DNA of 64,000 nt, from assembly GCA_964438895.1 (NCBI GenBank), contig CAYTMJ010000020.1, positions 30,408 to 94,407 of the forward strand, given 5' to 3'. A program made the translations under genes and the position numbers. The DNA comes from an uncultured Syntrophobacterales bacterium (lineage in GTDB: Bacteria; Desulfobacterota; Binatia; UBA9968; JAJDTQ01). The notes under the pieces are model-generated. The model was not told where the DNA came from. It made no database searches and worked only from the letters and a program-made list of their open reading frames with translations. How positions within the stretch are numbered: position 1 is the first letter of the stretch; each line of letters starts with the position of its first letter. Shown here one piece after another: positions 41,996 to 53,882 of this stretch.

Positions 41996-42823
41996 ATGTC
42001 GATTAAGAACCGTCGCCCGACTTCTCCGGGGCGCCGTTTTTCCACAGGCTTCGGATTTGACGAGATCACGAAGGATTCGCCGCATAAGCCGTTGTTGCGT
42101 CCACACAAGGAATTCGGTGGGAGGAACAACGCAGGTAGGATTACCAAGGACCACCGTGGAGGTGGACATAAGCGCCGCTATCGTTTCATTGATTTTAAGC
42201 GAGATAAGAAGGGTGTCCCCGGCCGGGTCGAGACCATTGAGTATGACCCGAACCGCTCTGCTCGGGTGGCGCTCATCTGCTATCTTGACGGCGAGCGTCG
42301 CTACATCCTAGCACCAGATATGCTCCGGGTCGGCGGCCACATAGTATCCGGTGATCAGGATGTTGACATCCAGCCTGGGAATTCCCTCCCCCTAAGGCAC
42401 ATACCTACTGGGACCTTGGTTCACAACGTTGAGATGAAGGCGGGCAAGGGCGGTCAGATCGTTCGGAGCGCGGGGGCATCCGCCCAAGTGATGGCGAAAG
42501 AGGGGTTTTACACGCTTCTCAAACTGCCGTCCGGTGAATTGCGCAACGTCCGCTCGGAGTGTCGCGCCACTATTGGCGAAGTGGGAAACAGCGACTACGG
42601 GAACGTGACGTACGGTAAGGCAGGTCGGTCTCGGTGGAGGGGCCGCCGGCCAGTGACACGGGGCGTAGCCATGAATCCGGTGGACCATCCTCACGGGGGC
42701 GGCGAGGGACGGTCCAAGGGCAATCATCCGCAAACGCCCTGGGGTAAGCCGACCAAGGGGTACAGAACCCGTGGTGTCAAGCCTTCGGACAAATACATCG
42801 TGAAGCGCAGGAAGGGAAGATAG
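41996..42823 (+). CDS. rplB: 50S ribosomal protein L2
   Basis: Contains GGGHKRRYR and [15 protein letters not shown]. Confidence 0.98.
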   Translation: MSIKNRRPTSPGRRFSTGFGFDEITKDSPHKPLLRPHKEFGGRNNAGRITKDHRGGGHKRRYRFIDFKRDKKGVPGRVETIEYDPNRSARVALICYLDGERRYILAPDMLRVGGHIVSGDQDVDIQPGNSLPLRHIPTGTLVHNVEMKAGKGGQIVRSAGASAQVMAKEGFYTLLKLPSGELRNVRSECRATIGEVGNSDYGNVTYGKAGRSRWRGRRPVTRGVAMNPVDHPHGGGEGRSKGNHPQTPWGKPTKGYRTRGVKPSDKYIVKRRKGR

Positions 42824-42825
42824 GC

Positions 42826-43116
42826 ATGGCGCGTTCGATTAAGAAAGGCCCTTTCGTGGACGATCACCTGATTCGAAAAATCGAGGAGATGAATCGATCT
42901 CAGACGAGAGGGGTCCTCAAAACGTGGTCCCGGCGTTCGACCATCACCCCGGATATGATCGGACACACTATTGCGGTTCACAACGGCCGGAAATTCCTTC
43001 CGGTGTTTGTGACCGAGAACATGGTGGGCCACAAGCTGGGAGAATTCTCGCCTACCCGCACGTTCCACGGCCACGCGGGGGACCGGAGGGGGGGAGCCGG
43101 GGGCGTGAGGAGGTAG
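42826..43116 (+). CDS. rpsS: 30S ribosomal protein S19
   Basis: Starts [12 protein letters not shown] and contains [12 protein letters not shown]. Confidence 0.97.
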   Translation: MARSIKKGPFVDDHLIRKIEEMNRSQTRGVLKTWSRRSTITPDMIGHTIAVHNGRKFLPVFVTENMVGHKLGEFSPTRTFHGHAGDRRGGAGGVRR

Positions 43117-43119
43117 TCT

Positions 43120-43455
43120 ATGGAGGCACGTGCTATCACGAGGTTTGCTCGAGTCTCGCCCCGTAAGATGAGACTTGTAGTGGATCAGGTAAGAGGCCGG
43201 CCGGTGGAAGAGGCGCTGACGATGCTGAAGTTTGTGCCTAAGAGCTGCGCTAGCATTGTGGCTAAGACGTTGCGTTCAGCGGTAACTAACGCTGAGAATA
43301 CCCAGAACGTCGATGTGGACCTGTTGTACGTAAAATTGGCGGAGGTGGGTCAGGGCGGGATGTGGAAAAGAATGATGCCGCGCGCCCAGGGTCGAGCCAA
43401 TCGGATCCGTAAGCGGCTTAGTCATCTGACCGTTGTAGTGGACGAAAGGGCTTGA
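43120..43455 (+). CDS. rplV: 50S ribosomal protein L22
   Basis: Contains [24 protein letters not shown]. Confidence 0.96.
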   Translation: MEARAITRFARVSPRKMRLVVDQVRGRPVEEALTMLKFVPKSCASIVAKTLRSAVTNAENTQNVDVDLLYVKLAEVGQGGMWKRMMPRAQGRANRIRKRLSHLTVVVDERA

Positions 43456-43457
43456 GG

Positions 43458-44120
43458 ATGGGACAGAAAACACACCCTAAGGTTTTCCGCATGCGCGTCA
43501 TCGAGTCCTGGGACTCGAAGTGGTACGCGGGGAGCGATTACTCCGAGCTCTTACACGAAGATCTTAAGATCAAGGGTTTCCTTAAAGGGCGTCTCCATCA
43601 CGCGGGTATCTCAAAGATCGAAATCGAACGGGCCACAAACAAGGCAAAGATTAACATTCACACCGCTCGTCCGGGCATCGTCATTGGAAAGAAGGGCGCG
43701 GAGATTGAGAAACTCAAGGAAGAATTGGGGAGGCTGTCGTCACGTGAAGTCTTCATCAATATACATGAGGTAAGGCGCCCCGATCTGGACGCGCAGTTGG
43801 TCGCAGAAAATGTCGCTCTGCAGCTCGAGCGTCGGGTTGCCTTCCGTCGTGCCATGAAGGAAAGCGTGTCGCGGGCATTGCGCATGGGTGCCCAAGGGAT
43901 TCGTATCCAATGCGGAGGCCGGTTGGGTGGCCAGGAGATTGCCCGTACGGAGTGGTATCGAGAAGGACGTGTTCCGTTGCATACACTGCGAGCCGACGTA
44001 AGTTACGGGTTGGCAGAGGCAAAGACCACCTACGGCGTCATCGGAGTCAAAGCGTGGATCTTTCGGGGCGAGATTCTAACGAAGCAGGAAGAGCAGCAGA
44101 AGGCTTCTCTGGGACTGTAG
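43458..44120 (+). CDS. rpsC: 30S ribosomal protein S3
   Basis: Starts [12 protein letters not shown], followed by a KH domain and [28 protein letters not shown]. The start is ATG 43458. Confidence 0.97.
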   Translation: MGQKTHPKVFRMRVIESWDSKWYAGSDYSELLHEDLKIKGFLKGRLHHAGISKIEIERATNKAKINIHTARPGIVIGKKGAEIEKLKEELGRLSSREVFINIHEVRRPDLDAQLVAENVALQLERRVAFRRAMKESVSRALRMGAQGIRIQCGGRLGGQEIARTEWYREGRVPLHTLRADVSYGLAEAKTTYGVIGVKAWIFRGEILTKQEEQQKASLGL

Positions 44121-44148
44121 GTGTCCTGCTCTTTAATTGAGTGGAATA

Positions 44149-44553
44149 ATGTTAGAACCAAAAAAACTTAAATACCGCAAGGTACAAAAGGGTCGCAGGG
44201 GCGGGTTTGCCGAACGAGGTTCCTCTCTTTCCTTCGGTGACTACGGCTTGAAGTCGCTCGACCGGGGTTACTTGACGGCGCGTCAAATCGAAGCCGCCCG
44301 CATCGCATTGACACGTTACCTGAAACGCCATGGTAAGGTTTGGATTCGGGTCTTTCCGGATAAGCCCATTACCAGGAAGCCGGCAGAGGTGCGAATGGGG
44401 AAGGGCAAGGGCCCGCTCCATGCATGGGTAGCCGTGATCAAGCCGGGGAAGCTTCTGTTCGAGATTGAGGGGATTGAGCGCGAAGAAGCGATGGAGGCGT
44501 TTCGGCTCGCCTCGCGTAAGCTCGGTATGGCCACGGCGGTCATGGAGCGGTAG
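44149..44553 (+). CDS. rplP: 50S ribosomal protein L16
   Basis: Starts [16 protein letters not shown] and contains RMGKGKG. The start is ATG 44149. Confidence 0.96.
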   Translation: MLEPKKLKYRKVQKGRRGGFAERGSSLSFGDYGLKSLDRGYLTARQIEAARIALTRYLKRHGKVWIRVFPDKPITRKPAEVRMGKGKGPLHAWVAVIKPGKLLFEIEGIEREEAMEAFRLASRKLGMATAVMER

Positions 44554-44564
44554 GCGGATTTCCA

Positions 44565-44780
44565 ATGAACGCGAAGGAATTGCGAGACTTGAACTCGGAC
44601 GAGTTGCAACAGAAGCGTATGGAATGCAAGGAGGAGATTTTTCATCTCAGCCTCCGGCGCGCCACTGGTCAACTGGAAAGTCCCATGAAGTTGCGGCAGT
44701 CGCGGCGCGATCTAGCCCGCGTGGAGACGGTACTGGCGGAACGCCAGGCCCTAGCAGGCAAAGAGGGCGATCATGAGTGA
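44565..44780 (+). CDS. rpmC: 50S ribosomal protein L29
   Basis: Starts [17 protein letters not shown] and contains [11 protein letters not shown]. Confidence 0.93.
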   Translation: MNAKELRDLNSDELQQKRMECKEEIFHLSLRRATGQLESPMKLRQSRRDLARVETVLAERQALAGKEGDHE

Positions 44781-45084
44781 GCGTGGTGTTACCAAACAGC
44801 GGGAAGGTGTCATCAAGACGAACCGGATGACAAAGACGGTTGTTGTTGAACTGGAGCGGATAGTCCTTCATTCGCGATACAAAAAATATTTGAGACGACG
44901 GACGCGGGTCAAGGCCCATGACGAACGCGACGAGTGTGAGGTGGGAGACCGGGTTGTGATCGTTGAAAGCCGGCCACACAGCCGCCAGAAGCGGTGGCGC
45001 GTAAGTCGGATTCTGAGTCGTCCTAGCGTAGGCGATACTATTACTTCGCAGACGCCCGCAGCTCCGGGGAGTATGGGGGTTTAG
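44773..45084 (+). CDS. rpsQ: 30S ribosomal protein S17
   Basis: Contains [20 protein letters not shown] and [20 protein letters not shown]. It has a short C-terminal extension. Confidence 0.95.
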   Translation: MSERGVTKQREGVIKTNRMTKTVVVELERIVLHSRYKKYLRRRTRVKAHDERDECEVGDRVVIVESRPHSRQKRWRVSRILSRPSVGDTITSQTPAAPGSMGV

Positions 45085-45086
45085 CG

Positions 45087-45455
45087 GTGATACAAGTAGG
45101 GACGGTTCTCGACGTTGCGGATAACTCGGGTGCCCGCCGGGTGCAGTGCATCAAAGTGCTCGGAGGAACGCGGCGGAAGTACGCTAGTATAGGCGACATC
45201 GTTGTTGTGTCTGTCAAGGAGGCTATGCCCAATTCTAAGGTACCTAAGGGTAGCGTAGTGAGGGCAGTGGTGGTTCGGACTGCCAAGGAAATTGGTCGAG
45301 TAGACGGCTCCTATATTCGGTTCGACAACAACTCGGCGGTACTGGTCGACAATCAGAAAGAGCCGGTTGGTACGAGAATTTTCGGTCCGGTAGCTCGAGA
45401 GCTTAGGGCAAAGCGGTTCATGAAGATCGTATCGCTGGCGCCGGAGGTTCTATGA
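45087..45455 (+). CDS. rplN: 50S ribosomal protein L14
   Basis: Reads (M)[29 protein letters not shown] start. Confidence 0.97.
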   Translation: MIQVGTVLDVADNSGARRVQCIKVLGGTRRKYASIGDIVVVSVKEAMPNSKVPKGSVVRAVVVRTAKEIGRVDGSYIRFDNNSAVLVDNQKEPVGTRIFGPVARELRAKRFMKIVSLAPEVL

Positions 45456-45769
45456 GCCTGTCCGTTCGCAAAGATGACAATGTGATGGTGGTGGCTGGGA
45501 AGGAGCGCGGCAAGACCGGGAAGGTGATCAAAGTGCTGCCAAAGAAAAGCCGCGTTTTTATTGAACGAATTAACCTCGTCAAACGCCACACCAAACCCCG
45601 CAGTGCACAGCAGCCTGGGGGTATCGTGGAAAAAGAGGCCTCGATCCACATCTCGAACGTTATGGTCATGTGCGAACCGTGCAATGCTCCGGTCCGGATT
45701 GGGTACAAAGTCCTCGCGGATGGACAGAAGACCCGCGTCTGTCGGCGTTGCGGCGAAGGGTTAAATTGA
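45452..45769 (+). CDS. rplX: 50S ribosomal protein L24
   Basis: KOW motif [21 protein letters not shown]. Confidence 0.95.
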   Translation: MSLSVRKDDNVMVVAGKERGKTGKVIKVLPKKSRVFIERINLVKRHTKPRSAQQPGGIVEKEASIHISNVMVMCEPCNAPVRIGYKVLADGQKTRVCRRCGEGLN

Positions 45770-45804
45770 CGTCGGTGTTGTAGTCCGCGAAGTGGGATTC
45801 AAAG

Positions 45805-46365
45805 ATGGAAAGGCTCGAACAAAAATACCATGAGGCGATCGTGCCCGCTATGATGGCGGACTTTGGTTATCGCAATAGGCTTCAGGTGCCGCGCCTAAAG
45901 AATGTGTCGATCAACGTATGCATCGGTGAAGCTGTACAGAACGCCAAATTGCTGGATGCGGCAGTGGCAGAGCTAGCAGCTGTTAGTGGGCAGCGCCCGG
46001 TGATAACACGCGCCCGGAAGGATATCTCAAACTTTAAGCTGCGCCGCGGCAACCCCATCGGATGTATGGTGACGTTACGCCGGCAGCGGATGTACGAGTT
46101 CCTCGATCGCTTGGTGCAGATAGCTCTTCCCCAGGTGAGGGACTTTAAGGGTATCTCGGACCGGTCCTTCGACGGCTGTGGCAATTACTCGCTGGGTATC
46201 CGCGAGCAGGCTATCTTTCCGGAAGTGAGGCCGGAGTCGGTGGAACGGGTTCATGGTCTGACGGTGTCCATCGTAACAACTGCTCGCACCGATGAAGAAG
46301 GCAGGGCCTTGTTGAAGCATTTCGGAATGCCTTTCTCTAGTGACGGGGGTAGTACAAGTGGCTAA
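45805..46365 (+). CDS. rplE: 50S ribosomal protein L5
   Basis: Contains [16 protein letters not shown] and [12 protein letters not shown]. Confidence 0.96.
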   Translation: MERLEQKYHEAIVPAMMADFGYRNRLQVPRLKNVSINVCIGEAVQNAKLLDAAVAELAAVSGQRPVITRARKDISNFKLRRGNPIGCMVTLRRQRMYEFLDRLVQIALPQVRDFKGISDRSFDGCGNYSLGIREQAIFPEVRPESVERVHGLTVSIVTTARTDEEGRALLKHFGMPFSSDGGSTSG

Positions 46366-46543
46366 AAAGTGTCTGATCATTAAGGCGGAAAGAACGCCGA
46401 AGTTTAAGGTTCGTCAGTACAATCGTTGCCCCCTTTGTGGAAGGGCGAGAGCCTTTTATCGACGCTTCCGGATGTGCCGGATCTGTCTTCGTTTAAACGC
46501 ACGTCGGGGGGAGCTCCCGGGCGTTATTAAGGCAAGCTGGTAG
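46358..46543 (+). CDS. rpsN: 30S ribosomal protein S14, type Z (zinc-binding, 61 aa)
   Basis: Reads (M)[44 protein letters not shown], with the CxxC...CxxC pattern. The GTG 46358 start overlaps the rplE end. Confidence 0.93.
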   Translation: MAKKCLIIKAERTPKFKVRQYNRCPLCGRARAFYRRFRMCRICLRLNARRGELPGVIKASW

Positions 46544-46558
46544 GAGGCGTAGGTTCAA

Positions 46559-46963
46559 ATGAGTATGACCGATCCAATCGCTGACTTGTTGACGCGAATG
46601 CGAAACGCCGGGATGGCAAAACACGAGACTGTGGACGTCCCGTGGTCCCGCCTCAAGGAAGGTATCATGAAGGTTTTGGTGGAAGAGGGGTACGTGGGAC
46701 AAATACGGCGCATCCAAGTCGAGGGGCAGGTCCAGGATACGCTCCGGGTCCACTTGAAGTACGGCAAAGATCACGAGCCTGTGATGAGCAAGCTGACGCG
46801 AGTCAGTCGGCCGGGTCGGCGAGTGTATCTCGGTTACAAGAACATTCAGCCGGTTCGGAGGGGTCTAGGCTCCCACATTCTGTCTACGTCTAGGGGTATT
46901 GTGGTAGACCGGGACGCAGTGAAGGCCAAGGTGGGCGGCGAGTTGCTTTGTTCAATCAGCTAG
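46559..46963 (+). CDS. rpsH: 30S ribosomal protein S8
   Basis: Starts MSMTDPIADLLTRMRNA. Confidence 0.96.
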   Translation: MSMTDPIADLLTRMRNAGMAKHETVDVPWSRLKEGIMKVLVEEGYVGQIRRIQVEGQVQDTLRVHLKYGKDHEPVMSKLTRVSRPGRRVYLGYKNIQPVRRGLGSHILSTSRGIVVDRDAVKAKVGGELLCSIS

Positions 46964-47010
46964 CGCGTTTGATTTAAACTTTTTGTTTCGAACTGCACCG
47001 GGGGTATTGC

Positions 47011-47559
47011 GTGTCGCGTGTAGGAAAATTGCCGATTGTTGTGCCCGAAACGGTCAAGCTCGAGATTGACGGTGTCGAAGTGCGGGTACAGGGTCCCAAG
47101 GGTAAGTTGGCTCACAGTATTCCTGAGGGGATTACGGTCGAAATGGATGGCGACCGGCTACATGTCCGTCGGAATAATGAGACCAAGCCTGTTAGGTCGC
47201 TGCATGGGCTGACGCGGAAATTACTTGCCAATATGGTGGAGGGCGTCAGTCAGGGCTTCAAGAGGGTACTGGAGATCAACGGCGTCGGTTACCGCGCGGA
47301 GTTGAAGGACGGCTCGTTGCACTTGACGCTCGGTTTTTCACACCCTATCGAATTCCCATTGCCGGTGGGTGTGTCAGCGTCGGTGGAACGGCAGACGGTG
47401 ATTACCCTCGAGTGCCACGACAAACAGGTGCTAGGTCAAGCGGCGGCAGAGGTGCGACGTTTCCGCCCTCCTGAGCCATACAAGGGTAAGGGTATCAGGT
47501 ATCAGGACGAGGTCGTTCGGAGGAAAGCCGGAAAGGCCATGGGAGCTGACGCCAGTTGA
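47011..47559 (+). CDS. rplF: 50S ribosomal protein L6
   Basis: Starts (M)[12 protein letters not shown] and contains [17 protein letters not shown] start. Confidence 0.96.
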   Translation: MSRVGKLPIVVPETVKLEIDGVEVRVQGPKGKLAHSIPEGITVEMDGDRLHVRRNNETKPVRSLHGLTRKLLANMVEGVSQGFKRVLEINGVGYRAELKDGSLHLTLGFSHPIEFPLPVGVSASVERQTVITLECHDKQVLGQAAAEVRRFRPPEPYKGKGIRYQDEVVRRKAGKAMGADAS

Positions 47560-47581
47560 ACCAACGGGATCGAGTGAACCA

Positions 47582-47944
47582 ATGTTGACAAGTAAGAAGG
47601 TTTTAAGCCGCAAACGACGGCAGCATAGCGTGAGGAAACGAATCATAGGAAGTGACGCATGCCCCCGTTTGTGTGTGTACCGAAGTTCAAAACACATTTA
47701 CGCCCAAATCATTTCTGACGAGCGCGGAGTTACGCTGGCGAGCGCATCGACCTTGTCGACAACGGTTGCCAGCTCAGAGGAGAGCAAGGGGCTGGATGCG
47801 GCTAGACACGTCGGCCGGCAGATCGCGGAATTATGTGGGGCGAAGCAGATCTCTCAAGTAGTGTTCGACCGGAACGGGTTTCTCTTTCATGGACGAGTGA
47901 AGGCACTGGCGGAGGCTGCCCGGGAGGCCGGCCTCGTTTTTTGA
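47582..47944 (+). CDS. rplR: 50S ribosomal protein L18
   Basis: Contains [20 protein letters not shown] and [24 protein letters not shown]. Confidence 0.96.
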   Translation: MLTSKKVLSRKRRQHSVRKRIIGSDACPRLCVYRSSKHIYAQIISDERGVTLASASTLSTTVASSEESKGLDAARHVGRQIAELCGAKQISQVVFDRNGFLFHGRVKALAEAAREAGLVF

Positions 47945-47957
47945 TTCGGGGGTTGCT

Positions 47958-48455
47958 TTGGAACAAGTCGATTCGCAGGGCTTGGAGTTGAAGGAGAAGG
48001 TGGTCCACATCAGCCGCGTGGCGAAGGTGGTGAAGGGTGGACGACGGTTCAGTTTCAACGCGCTGGTGGTAGTAGGGGACGAAGTCTCCGTTGTGGGGTA
48101 TGGGTTGGGCAAGGCCAAGGAGGTACCCGAGGCCATCCGGAAGGGGGTCGAACACGCGAAGAAGACGTTGCTCCGAGTCCCGCTGGTGGACGACAGTATT
48201 CCGTACGAGGTGACGGGTCGTTTCGGTGCCGGGCGTGTGTTGCTGAAGCCCGCGTCCCCCGGGACTGGTGTAATCGCCGGCGCGGGAGTACGGGCCGTGG
48301 TGGAAGCGGCTGGCATTCCGAACGTCCTGAGCAAGTGTATCGGCTCAAACAACCCGCATAATCTCGTAAAGGCGACATTTGAGGCTCTTAAGAGCCTCAA
48401 ATCTCCGGAAGAGGTCGCGAAACTGAGGGGAAAGCAGCTAGCGGAAATTCGATAG
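47958..48455 (+). CDS. rpsE: 30S ribosomal protein S5
   Basis: Contains [27 protein letters not shown] and [20 protein letters not shown] start, preceded by GGGGG. Confidence 0.95.
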   Translation: MEQVDSQGLELKEKVVHISRVAKVVKGGRRFSFNALVVVGDEVSVVGYGLGKAKEVPEAIRKGVEHAKKTLLRVPLVDDSIPYEVTGRFGAGRVLLKPASPGTGVIAGAGVRAVVEAAGIPNVLSKCIGSNNPHNLVKATFEALKSLKSPEEVAKLRGKQLAEIR

Positions 48456-48627
48456 GTACTATGCCCCCGAGTACACCGACGGAGATACGCGAGGTTTTTG
48501 TTTCTAGTTAGGTGCAATGATGACGAACAGTGGCTGGTTGCGTGCAAGGAAAAGCAACTAATCCGGTGGCACGCGAACCAAGGAATTTGTCGCTTGACTC
48601 GCGGGCGGACATAAAAGGAATCTCTTC

Positions 48628-49071
48628 ATGAATCTGGGTGAATTACGCCCCGCAAAGGGTACCAAGCACGCTAAGAAGCGCGTGGGTAGGGGCATGGGTT
48701 CCGGAACCGGGAAGACCGCCGGCCGGGGACACAAGGGGCAGGGCTCTCGAGCTGGTGGCGGAGTTAGGCCAGGATTCGAGGGTGGCCAGATGCCGCTCAC
48801 GAGGCGAGTGCCCAAACGGGGCTTCTATAATCCGTTTCGAACGGAGTTCATACCAGTAAACCTAGATGGGCTCGAGCGGTTCGATTCGGACCAAGAGGTT
48901 TCCCCCGAATCATTGCGGGAACAGGGGTTAGTGGGTCGCGGATTGATAAAGATACTCGGTCGGGGGGAACTTTCCAAGCCGCTGACAGTAAAAGCCCACG
49001 GCTTCTCTCGAAGCGCTGTCGAAAAGATTGAGGCCGCGGGGGGCCGAGTCGAAGTCCTTTCTTATGTTTGA
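48628..49071 (+). CDS. rplO: 50S ribosomal protein L15
   Basis: Starts [38 protein letters not shown]. Confidence 0.96.
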   Translation: MNLGELRPAKGTKHAKKRVGRGMGSGTGKTAGRGHKGQGSRAGGGVRPGFEGGQMPLTRRVPKRGFYNPFRTEFIPVNLDGLERFDSDQEVSPESLREQGLVGRGLIKILGRGELSKPLTVKAHGFSRSAVEKIEAAGGRVEVLSYV

Positions 49072-50374
49072 AGGCTTTCAAAGCGCGGGTCGGATTCCGG
49101 AACTGCGGCGACGCATCCTGTTCACACTAGCGATGCTGGCAGTCTATCGTGTCGGAGTGGCCATACCCACGCCGGGCATCGACCCTGAAGGGATGGCGGC
49201 TTTTTTTGCTCAGGTCGAGGGAACGATCTTTGGCCTCTTCAACCTGTTTTCGGGCGGTGCGCTGGAGCAGTTTTCTGTATTTTCTCTGGGCATTATGCCC
49301 TACATTAGCGCTTCCATCATTCTACAGCTCATGACGGTGGTTTTCCCTTATCTGGAACGACTGTCGAAAGAGGGTGATGCCGGGCGCAAGAAGATCACGC
49401 AGTACACGCGCTATGGCACTATCATTCTCGCGGTCATTCAGGGAATGATGATCAGTTTCGGCCTGGAAGGCACAAGAGGCCCCAACGGTGAAGCTATCGT
49501 TCTGGACCCGGGCTGGAACTTCCGTCTTATGACGGTGTTGACGTTGACCTCGGGGACTGCCTTCATCATGTGGCTCGGTGAGCAGGTTACGGAGCGGGGC
49601 ATCGGCAACGGAATATCCCTAATAATTTTCGCGGGAATCGTTGCTGCACTCCCGTCGGCGGTAACCTCGACGTTTCAGTTTGTACGCGAGGGTGAGTTGA
49701 GCATTTTCTTCGTGATCCTGCTTCTGCTCTTCGTGTTTCTAGTGGTGGGTGTCATCATTTTCATGGAGCGGGGACAACGGCGTATTCCGGTACAGTACGC
49801 GAAACGTGTTGTGGGACGAAAGATGTATGGCGGACAAACATCCCATTTGCCCCTCAAGATCAATACGTCCGGTGTGATACCGGTCATCTTTGCGTCGTCG
49901 GTGCTTATCTTTCCTGCTACCGTTGCCCAGTTTGTCCAAAATCCATGGGCGCAAACACTGGCCGGGTCCATGGCGCCGGGCCGTTGGCTGCATGATCTTT
50001 TTTATATTGGGCTGATCATGTTCTTCTGCTACTTCTATACGGCGGTGGTATTCAACCCGGTGGATGTGGCGGAAAACATGAGGAAGTACGGCGGTTACGT
50101 GCCGGGAATCCGGCCGGGCAAGAGGACCGCGGAATTCATTGACCGGGTGTTATCGCGGATTACTCTCGGCGGTGCGATTTATCTCTCGTTAGTGGCGTTA
50201 CTGCCGACTATTCTGATATCGCAGTTCAACGTGCCCTTCTTTTTTGGCGGAACGGCGCTTCTAATTGTGGTAGGGGTCGCGTTGGACACGGTTTCTCAGA
50301 TGGAAACCCACATGATCTCTAGAAACTACGAGGGGTTCATGAAAAAGGGCCGGATCCGGGGCCGAAGGGGCTGA
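49064..50374 (+). CDS. secY: preprotein translocase subunit SecY
   Basis: Contains [21 protein letters not shown] and [14 protein letters not shown], with 10 TM-like segments. The start ATG 49064 overlaps the rplO stop. Confidence 0.96.
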   Translation: MFEGFQSAGRIPELRRRILFTLAMLAVYRVGVAIPTPGIDPEGMAAFFAQVEGTIFGLFNLFSGGALEQFSVFSLGIMPYISASIILQLMTVVFPYLERLSKEGDAGRKKITQYTRYGTIILAVIQGMMISFGLEGTRGPNGEAIVLDPGWNFRLMTVLTLTSGTAFIMWLGEQVTERGIGNGISLIIFAGIVAALPSAVTSTFQFVREGELSIFFVILLLLFVFLVVGVIIFMERGQRRIPVQYAKRVVGRKMYGGQTSHLPLKINTSGVIPVIFASSVLIFPATVAQFVQNPWAQTLAGSMAPGRWLHDLFYIGLIMFFCYFYTAVVFNPVDVAENMRKYGGYVPGIRPGKRTAEFIDRVLSRITLGGAIYLSLVALLPTILISQFNVPFFFGGTALLIVVGVALDTVSQMETHMISRNYEGFMKKGRIRGRRG

Positions 50375-50445
50375 GAAACGTAGATTGCGCGCTGGCCATG
50401 GGTAGGGCATGGCGGATCGAACTGATGAGTTAAGGCAATTTCCGA

Positions 50446-51204
50446 ATGATTTACCTCAAGTCCCAGGCCGAGATAGAGACGATGCGCCGGGCCAATGTTA
50501 TCGTGGCGGAGGTCTTGGAAGCACTGAAAGAGGTGGTAAAGCCGGGCATGACCACCCTAGATCTGGACGGGTTAGCGGAGCGGCTCACACACGAGAAGGG
50601 GGCCAAGCCGGCGTTTAAGGGCTATTCGGTGGCCGGCAGGGTCTTTCGGCACAGTCTTTGCACGTCGGTCAACGAGGAGGTCGTTCACGGTATTCCATCA
50701 ACCCGCGTACTAAAGGAGGGGGACATCTTGGGGATGGACTTCGGGGTCGTATACGAGGGTTATTATGGCGATTCGGCAGTGACCGTGGGCCTCGGTCGAG
50801 TAAGCCCTGAAGCTGAGCAGCTCATGGATGTGACCGAAACCGCCCTGAATAAGGGCATTGATTTATTGCGCGAAGGCAACCGTTTGGGTGATTTGGGTAG
50901 TGCGATACAGGGAATTGCCGAGGGATCTGGTTATTCGGTGGTAAGGGAGTTCGTAGGACATGGCATTGGCAAGAAGCTGCACGAGGAGCCGCCGGTTCCC
51001 AACTACGGTGACGCGGGTAAGGGATTTCGCTTACGTGCGGGGATGGTTCTAGCTGTCGAGCCCATGGTCAATGCAGGAAAGAAGGAGGTAAAGATCCTGG
51101 ACGACGGTTGGACGGCTGTTACCCAGGATTGTAGTCTCGCCGCTCATTTCGAGCACTCCATTGCTGTTACCGCGGACGGGCCGTATGTTTTGAGTCGGCT
51201 CTAG
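50446..51204 (+). CDS. map: type I methionine aminopeptidase
   Basis: Contains [41 protein letters not shown] and EHSIAVT (metal-ligand motifs). Confidence 0.95.
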   Translation: MIYLKSQAEIETMRRANVIVAEVLEALKEVVKPGMTTLDLDGLAERLTHEKGAKPAFKGYSVAGRVFRHSLCTSVNEEVVHGIPSTRVLKEGDILGMDFGVVYEGYYGDSAVTVGLGRVSPEAEQLMDVTETALNKGIDLLREGNRLGDLGSAIQGIAEGSGYSVVREFVGHGIGKKLHEEPPVPNYGDAGKGFRLRAGMVLAVEPMVNAGKKEVKILDDGWTAVTQDCSLAAHFEHSIAVTADGPYVLSRL

Positions 51205-51241
51205 GGGTTTTGTTTCAAAGGGTCGAGGAACGAGGTCGGAA

Positions 51242-51355
51242 GTGAAAGTAAGAGCGTCGGTCAAGAAGATCTGCAACAAGTGCATCATCGTTCGCAGGAA
51301 AGGCGTCGTACGGGTCATCTGCGTCACCCGAAAGCACGCTCAGCGACAAGGCTAG
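51242..51355 (+). CDS. rpmJ: 50S ribosomal protein L36 (Cys/His zinc form)
   Basis: Not in the ORF track (37 aa). From GTG 51242 it reads (M)[36 protein letters not shown], with stop TAG 51353-51355 and GAGG upstream. Confidence 0.9.
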   Translation: MKVRASVKKICNKCIIVRRKGVVRVICVTRKHAQRQG

Positions 51356-51383
51356 ACCAGAATCGACTGGGAAGGAGCGACTA

Positions 51384-51767
51384 ATGGCACGTATTGCCGG
51401 GGTGGATCTGCCCAAGAACAAGAGCATGGAAGTGGCACTAACCTATATCTATGGTATTGGCGCCACAACATCCCGGAACATCCTGAGGGAAGCTAGTATT
51501 TCGCTTGACCTCAAGTCCGACGATTTGTCCGATGAACAGGTCGTAGTGATACGGCGCATCATCGATCAGGAAGTGAAGGTCGAGGGTGATTTGAGGCGCG
51601 ACGTCAATATGGACATCAAACGCCACATGGAGATCGGATCCTATCGAGGCCTTAGGCACCGACGCGGTCTGCCCGTTCGGGGACAACGCACCCACACAAA
51701 CGGGCGCACGCGGATGGGGCCCAAGCGAAGTATCGCGGGGAAGAGGAAGCCGCCGTCGAAGGGTTAG
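51384..51767 (+). CDS. rpsM: 30S ribosomal protein S13
   Basis: Starts [13 protein letters not shown] and contains [17 protein letters not shown]. Confidence 0.97.
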   Translation: MARIAGVDLPKNKSMEVALTYIYGIGATTSRNILREASISLDLKSDDLSDEQVVVIRRIIDQEVKVEGDLRRDVNMDIKRHMEIGSYRGLRHRRGLPVRGQRTHTNGRTRMGPKRSIAGKRKPPSKG

Positions 51768-51797
51768 TGCCGAGGTTTCATTAATACAGGAGTACCT

Positions 51798-52193
51798 ATG
51801 GCTCAGGCCGCAAAAAAAGCGCCAAAAAAACGGCGCGCACGAAAGAATATCGCTGAAGGTGTGGCTCATATCCATTCTACCTTCAACAACACGATCATAA
51901 CGATTTCAGATACACAGGGTAACGTTGTTGCATGGTCGAGCGCTGGTGCTATCGGGTTCAAAGGTTCCCGCAAGGGTACGCCTTTTGCAGCACAGCAGGC
52001 TGCTGACAACGTGGCGCGCAAGGCCATGGATCACGGCATGCACTCGATACAGGTTTATGTTCGCGGGCCGGGATCGGCCAGGGAATCGGCCCTGAGATCC
52101 CTTCAGTCGGCGGGGTTGCATATCAGCGTGATCAAGGATGTTACACCCATTCCCCATAACGGCTGCAGGCCGCCCAAGCGCCGTCGTGTTTGA
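51798..52193 (+). CDS. rpsK: 30S ribosomal protein S11
   Basis: Contains [18 protein letters not shown] and [20 protein letters not shown]. Confidence 0.97.
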   Translation: MAQAAKKAPKKRRARKNIAEGVAHIHSTFNNTIITISDTQGNVVAWSSAGAIGFKGSRKGTPFAAQQAADNVARKAMDHGMHSIQVYVRGPGSARESALRSLQSAGLHISVIKDVTPIPHNGCRPPKRRRV

Positions 52194-52206
52194 GAGGAGC
52201 TAGCTA

Positions 52207-52833
52207 GTGGCAAGGTATCATGGTCCGGTTTGCCGGCTTTGTCGGCGAGAAAATATGAAGTTGTTTCTTAAGGGTGAACGCTGTTACACGGACAAGTGCG
52301 CCATCGAGCGACGCAACTATCCCCCGGGTCAACACGGTCAACGACGTCTTAAGTTCTCCGAGTATAGCCTCCAGTTGAGGGAGAAGCAGAAGGTTAAGCG
52401 CATGTACGGATTACTTGAGAAACAGTTTAGGGGCAGCTTCGAGAAGGCGGAGAAAGTCCGCGGGATCACCGGGGAGAATCTCTTGGTGATTTTGGAAAGA
52501 CGCCTCGACAATGTCGTTTACCGATTGGGATTCGCGTGCTCCAGGGGGGATGCGCGTCTGTTGGTGCGACACGGTCACGTTTTGGTCAATGATCGGCGGG
52601 TGACGATCCCCTCGTATCGCACGGGGGTCGGGGATGTCGTCGCGGTGGCGGAAAAGAGTCGTAAGTCGGATCGGGTCATCTCTGCCATGGAGGGAGCTCA
52701 GAGACGTGGAATGCCAGACTGGATTGAGTTGAACCAGGAGAGTTTCTCTGGCACCGTCAAGGTACTGCCGAGCCGCAATGATATTACGACCCCCATAAAC
52801 GAAAAGCTCATCGTTGAGCTGTATTCTAAGTAA
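52207..52833 (+). CDS. rpsD: 30S ribosomal protein S4
   Basis: Starts (M)[25 protein letters not shown], followed by an S4 RNA-binding domain. GTG start. Confidence 0.96.
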   Translation: MARYHGPVCRLCRRENMKLFLKGERCYTDKCAIERRNYPPGQHGQRRLKFSEYSLQLREKQKVKRMYGLLEKQFRGSFEKAEKVRGITGENLLVILERRLDNVVYRLGFACSRGDARLLVRHGHVLVNDRRVTIPSYRTGVGDVVAVAEKSRKSDRVISAMEGAQRRGMPDWIELNQESFSGTVKVLPSRNDITTPINEKLIVELYSK

Positions 52834-52856
52834 CCTTGGACGGTGTTGGAGATCCC

Positions 52857-53879
52857 ATGCAAAAGCATTGGAGCGAACTGATCAAACCTAGCGCCATCGA
52901 GGTCGACGAGGAGAGTCTGACCTCGACTTATGGTAAATTTGTCGGAGAGCCCTTCGAGAGGGGATTTGGCCAAACCATAGGCAATAGTTTACGGCGCATC
53001 CTGTTGTCGTCCCTCAGGGGAGCGGCAATTGCCTCCATCCAGCTCGACGACGCGCTACATGAATTTTCCACTATTCCAGGCGCGACGGAGGATGTGACCG
53101 ATATCATCCTAAACCTGAAAGAGGTGCGGCTCAAACTGCACAACTCCGAAAGGGAAGTCATCCGTTTCGATTTGGCCGGCCCAAGAGACGTGCTGGCCAA
53201 AGACATTATCTGCGGCCCGCAGGTGGAGATTCTTAATCCTGAGCACCGCGTTGCTTCGCTTTCGAAAGAAGGTCGGCTAAACGCCACGATGGTTGCACGG
53301 ATGGGTCAGGGATACGTACCCGCGGAGCGTAATAGAGAAGAAGACCAACCCGTGAATACCATTTTTATGGACGCAATATTTTCGCCCATTCGCAAGGTGA
53401 ACTTCAACGTCACAAACGCTCGCGTTGGGCAACGCACGGATTATGATCGGCTGGTACTGGAAGTGTGGACAGACGGAAGCGAAACGCCCGAAGACGCCCT
53501 GGCCCACGCGGCGCGCATTCTGCAGGACCAAGTGGAGATTTTCATTAATTTTCAAGACGGACCAGAACTTGCAGAAGACGAAGCGGATGTCGAAGTTGTA
53601 CCGCTCAACGAGAATCTCTTCCGGGCGGTGGAGGACTTGGAGTTCTCGGTTAGGGCGCAAAACTGTCTGCAGAATGCCGATTTGAAATACATCGGTGAAC
53701 TGGTGCAGAAAAGTGAGCAGGAAATGCTCAAGACTAAGAACTTTGGGCGCAAGTCGCTCAATGAGATCAAGGAACTACTCACCGAGTTGGGGTTGGAATT
53801 GGGAATGAGTCTGGATCAGTTCCCGAGTCGTGAGGAGCTCGAAGGCCGGAAGCAGAGCGATCAGAAGGAGACGGCGTAG
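52857..53879 (+). CDS. rpoA: DNA-directed RNA polymerase subunit alpha
   Basis: Contains [19 protein letters not shown] (N-terminal domain) and [10 protein letters not shown]-type [23 protein letters not shown] (C-terminal domain). The start is ATG 52857. Confidence 0.97.
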   Translation: MQKHWSELIKPSAIEVDEESLTSTYGKFVGEPFERGFGQTIGNSLRRILLSSLRGAAIASIQLDDALHEFSTIPGATEDVTDIILNLKEVRLKLHNSEREVIRFDLAGPRDVLAKDIICGPQVEILNPEHRVASLSKEGRLNATMVARMGQGYVPAERNREEDQPVNTIFMDAIFSPIRKVNFNVTNARVGQRTDYDRLVLEVWTDGSETPEDALAHAARILQDQVEIFINFQDGPELAEDEADVEVVPLNENLFRAVEDLEFSVRAQNCLQNADLKYIGELVQKSEQEMLKTKNFGRKSLNEIKELLTELGLELGMSLDQFPSREELEGRKQSDQKETA

Positions 53880-53882
53880 TCC

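Noticed and set aside
48517-48561. The 14-aa ORF MMTNSGWLRARKSN as a truncated L30.
   Set aside because: The resemblance to the L30 N-terminus is limited to a few residues. The conserved C-terminal half of L30 has no counterpart. I kept this only as a hypothesis under the missing-rpmD finding.
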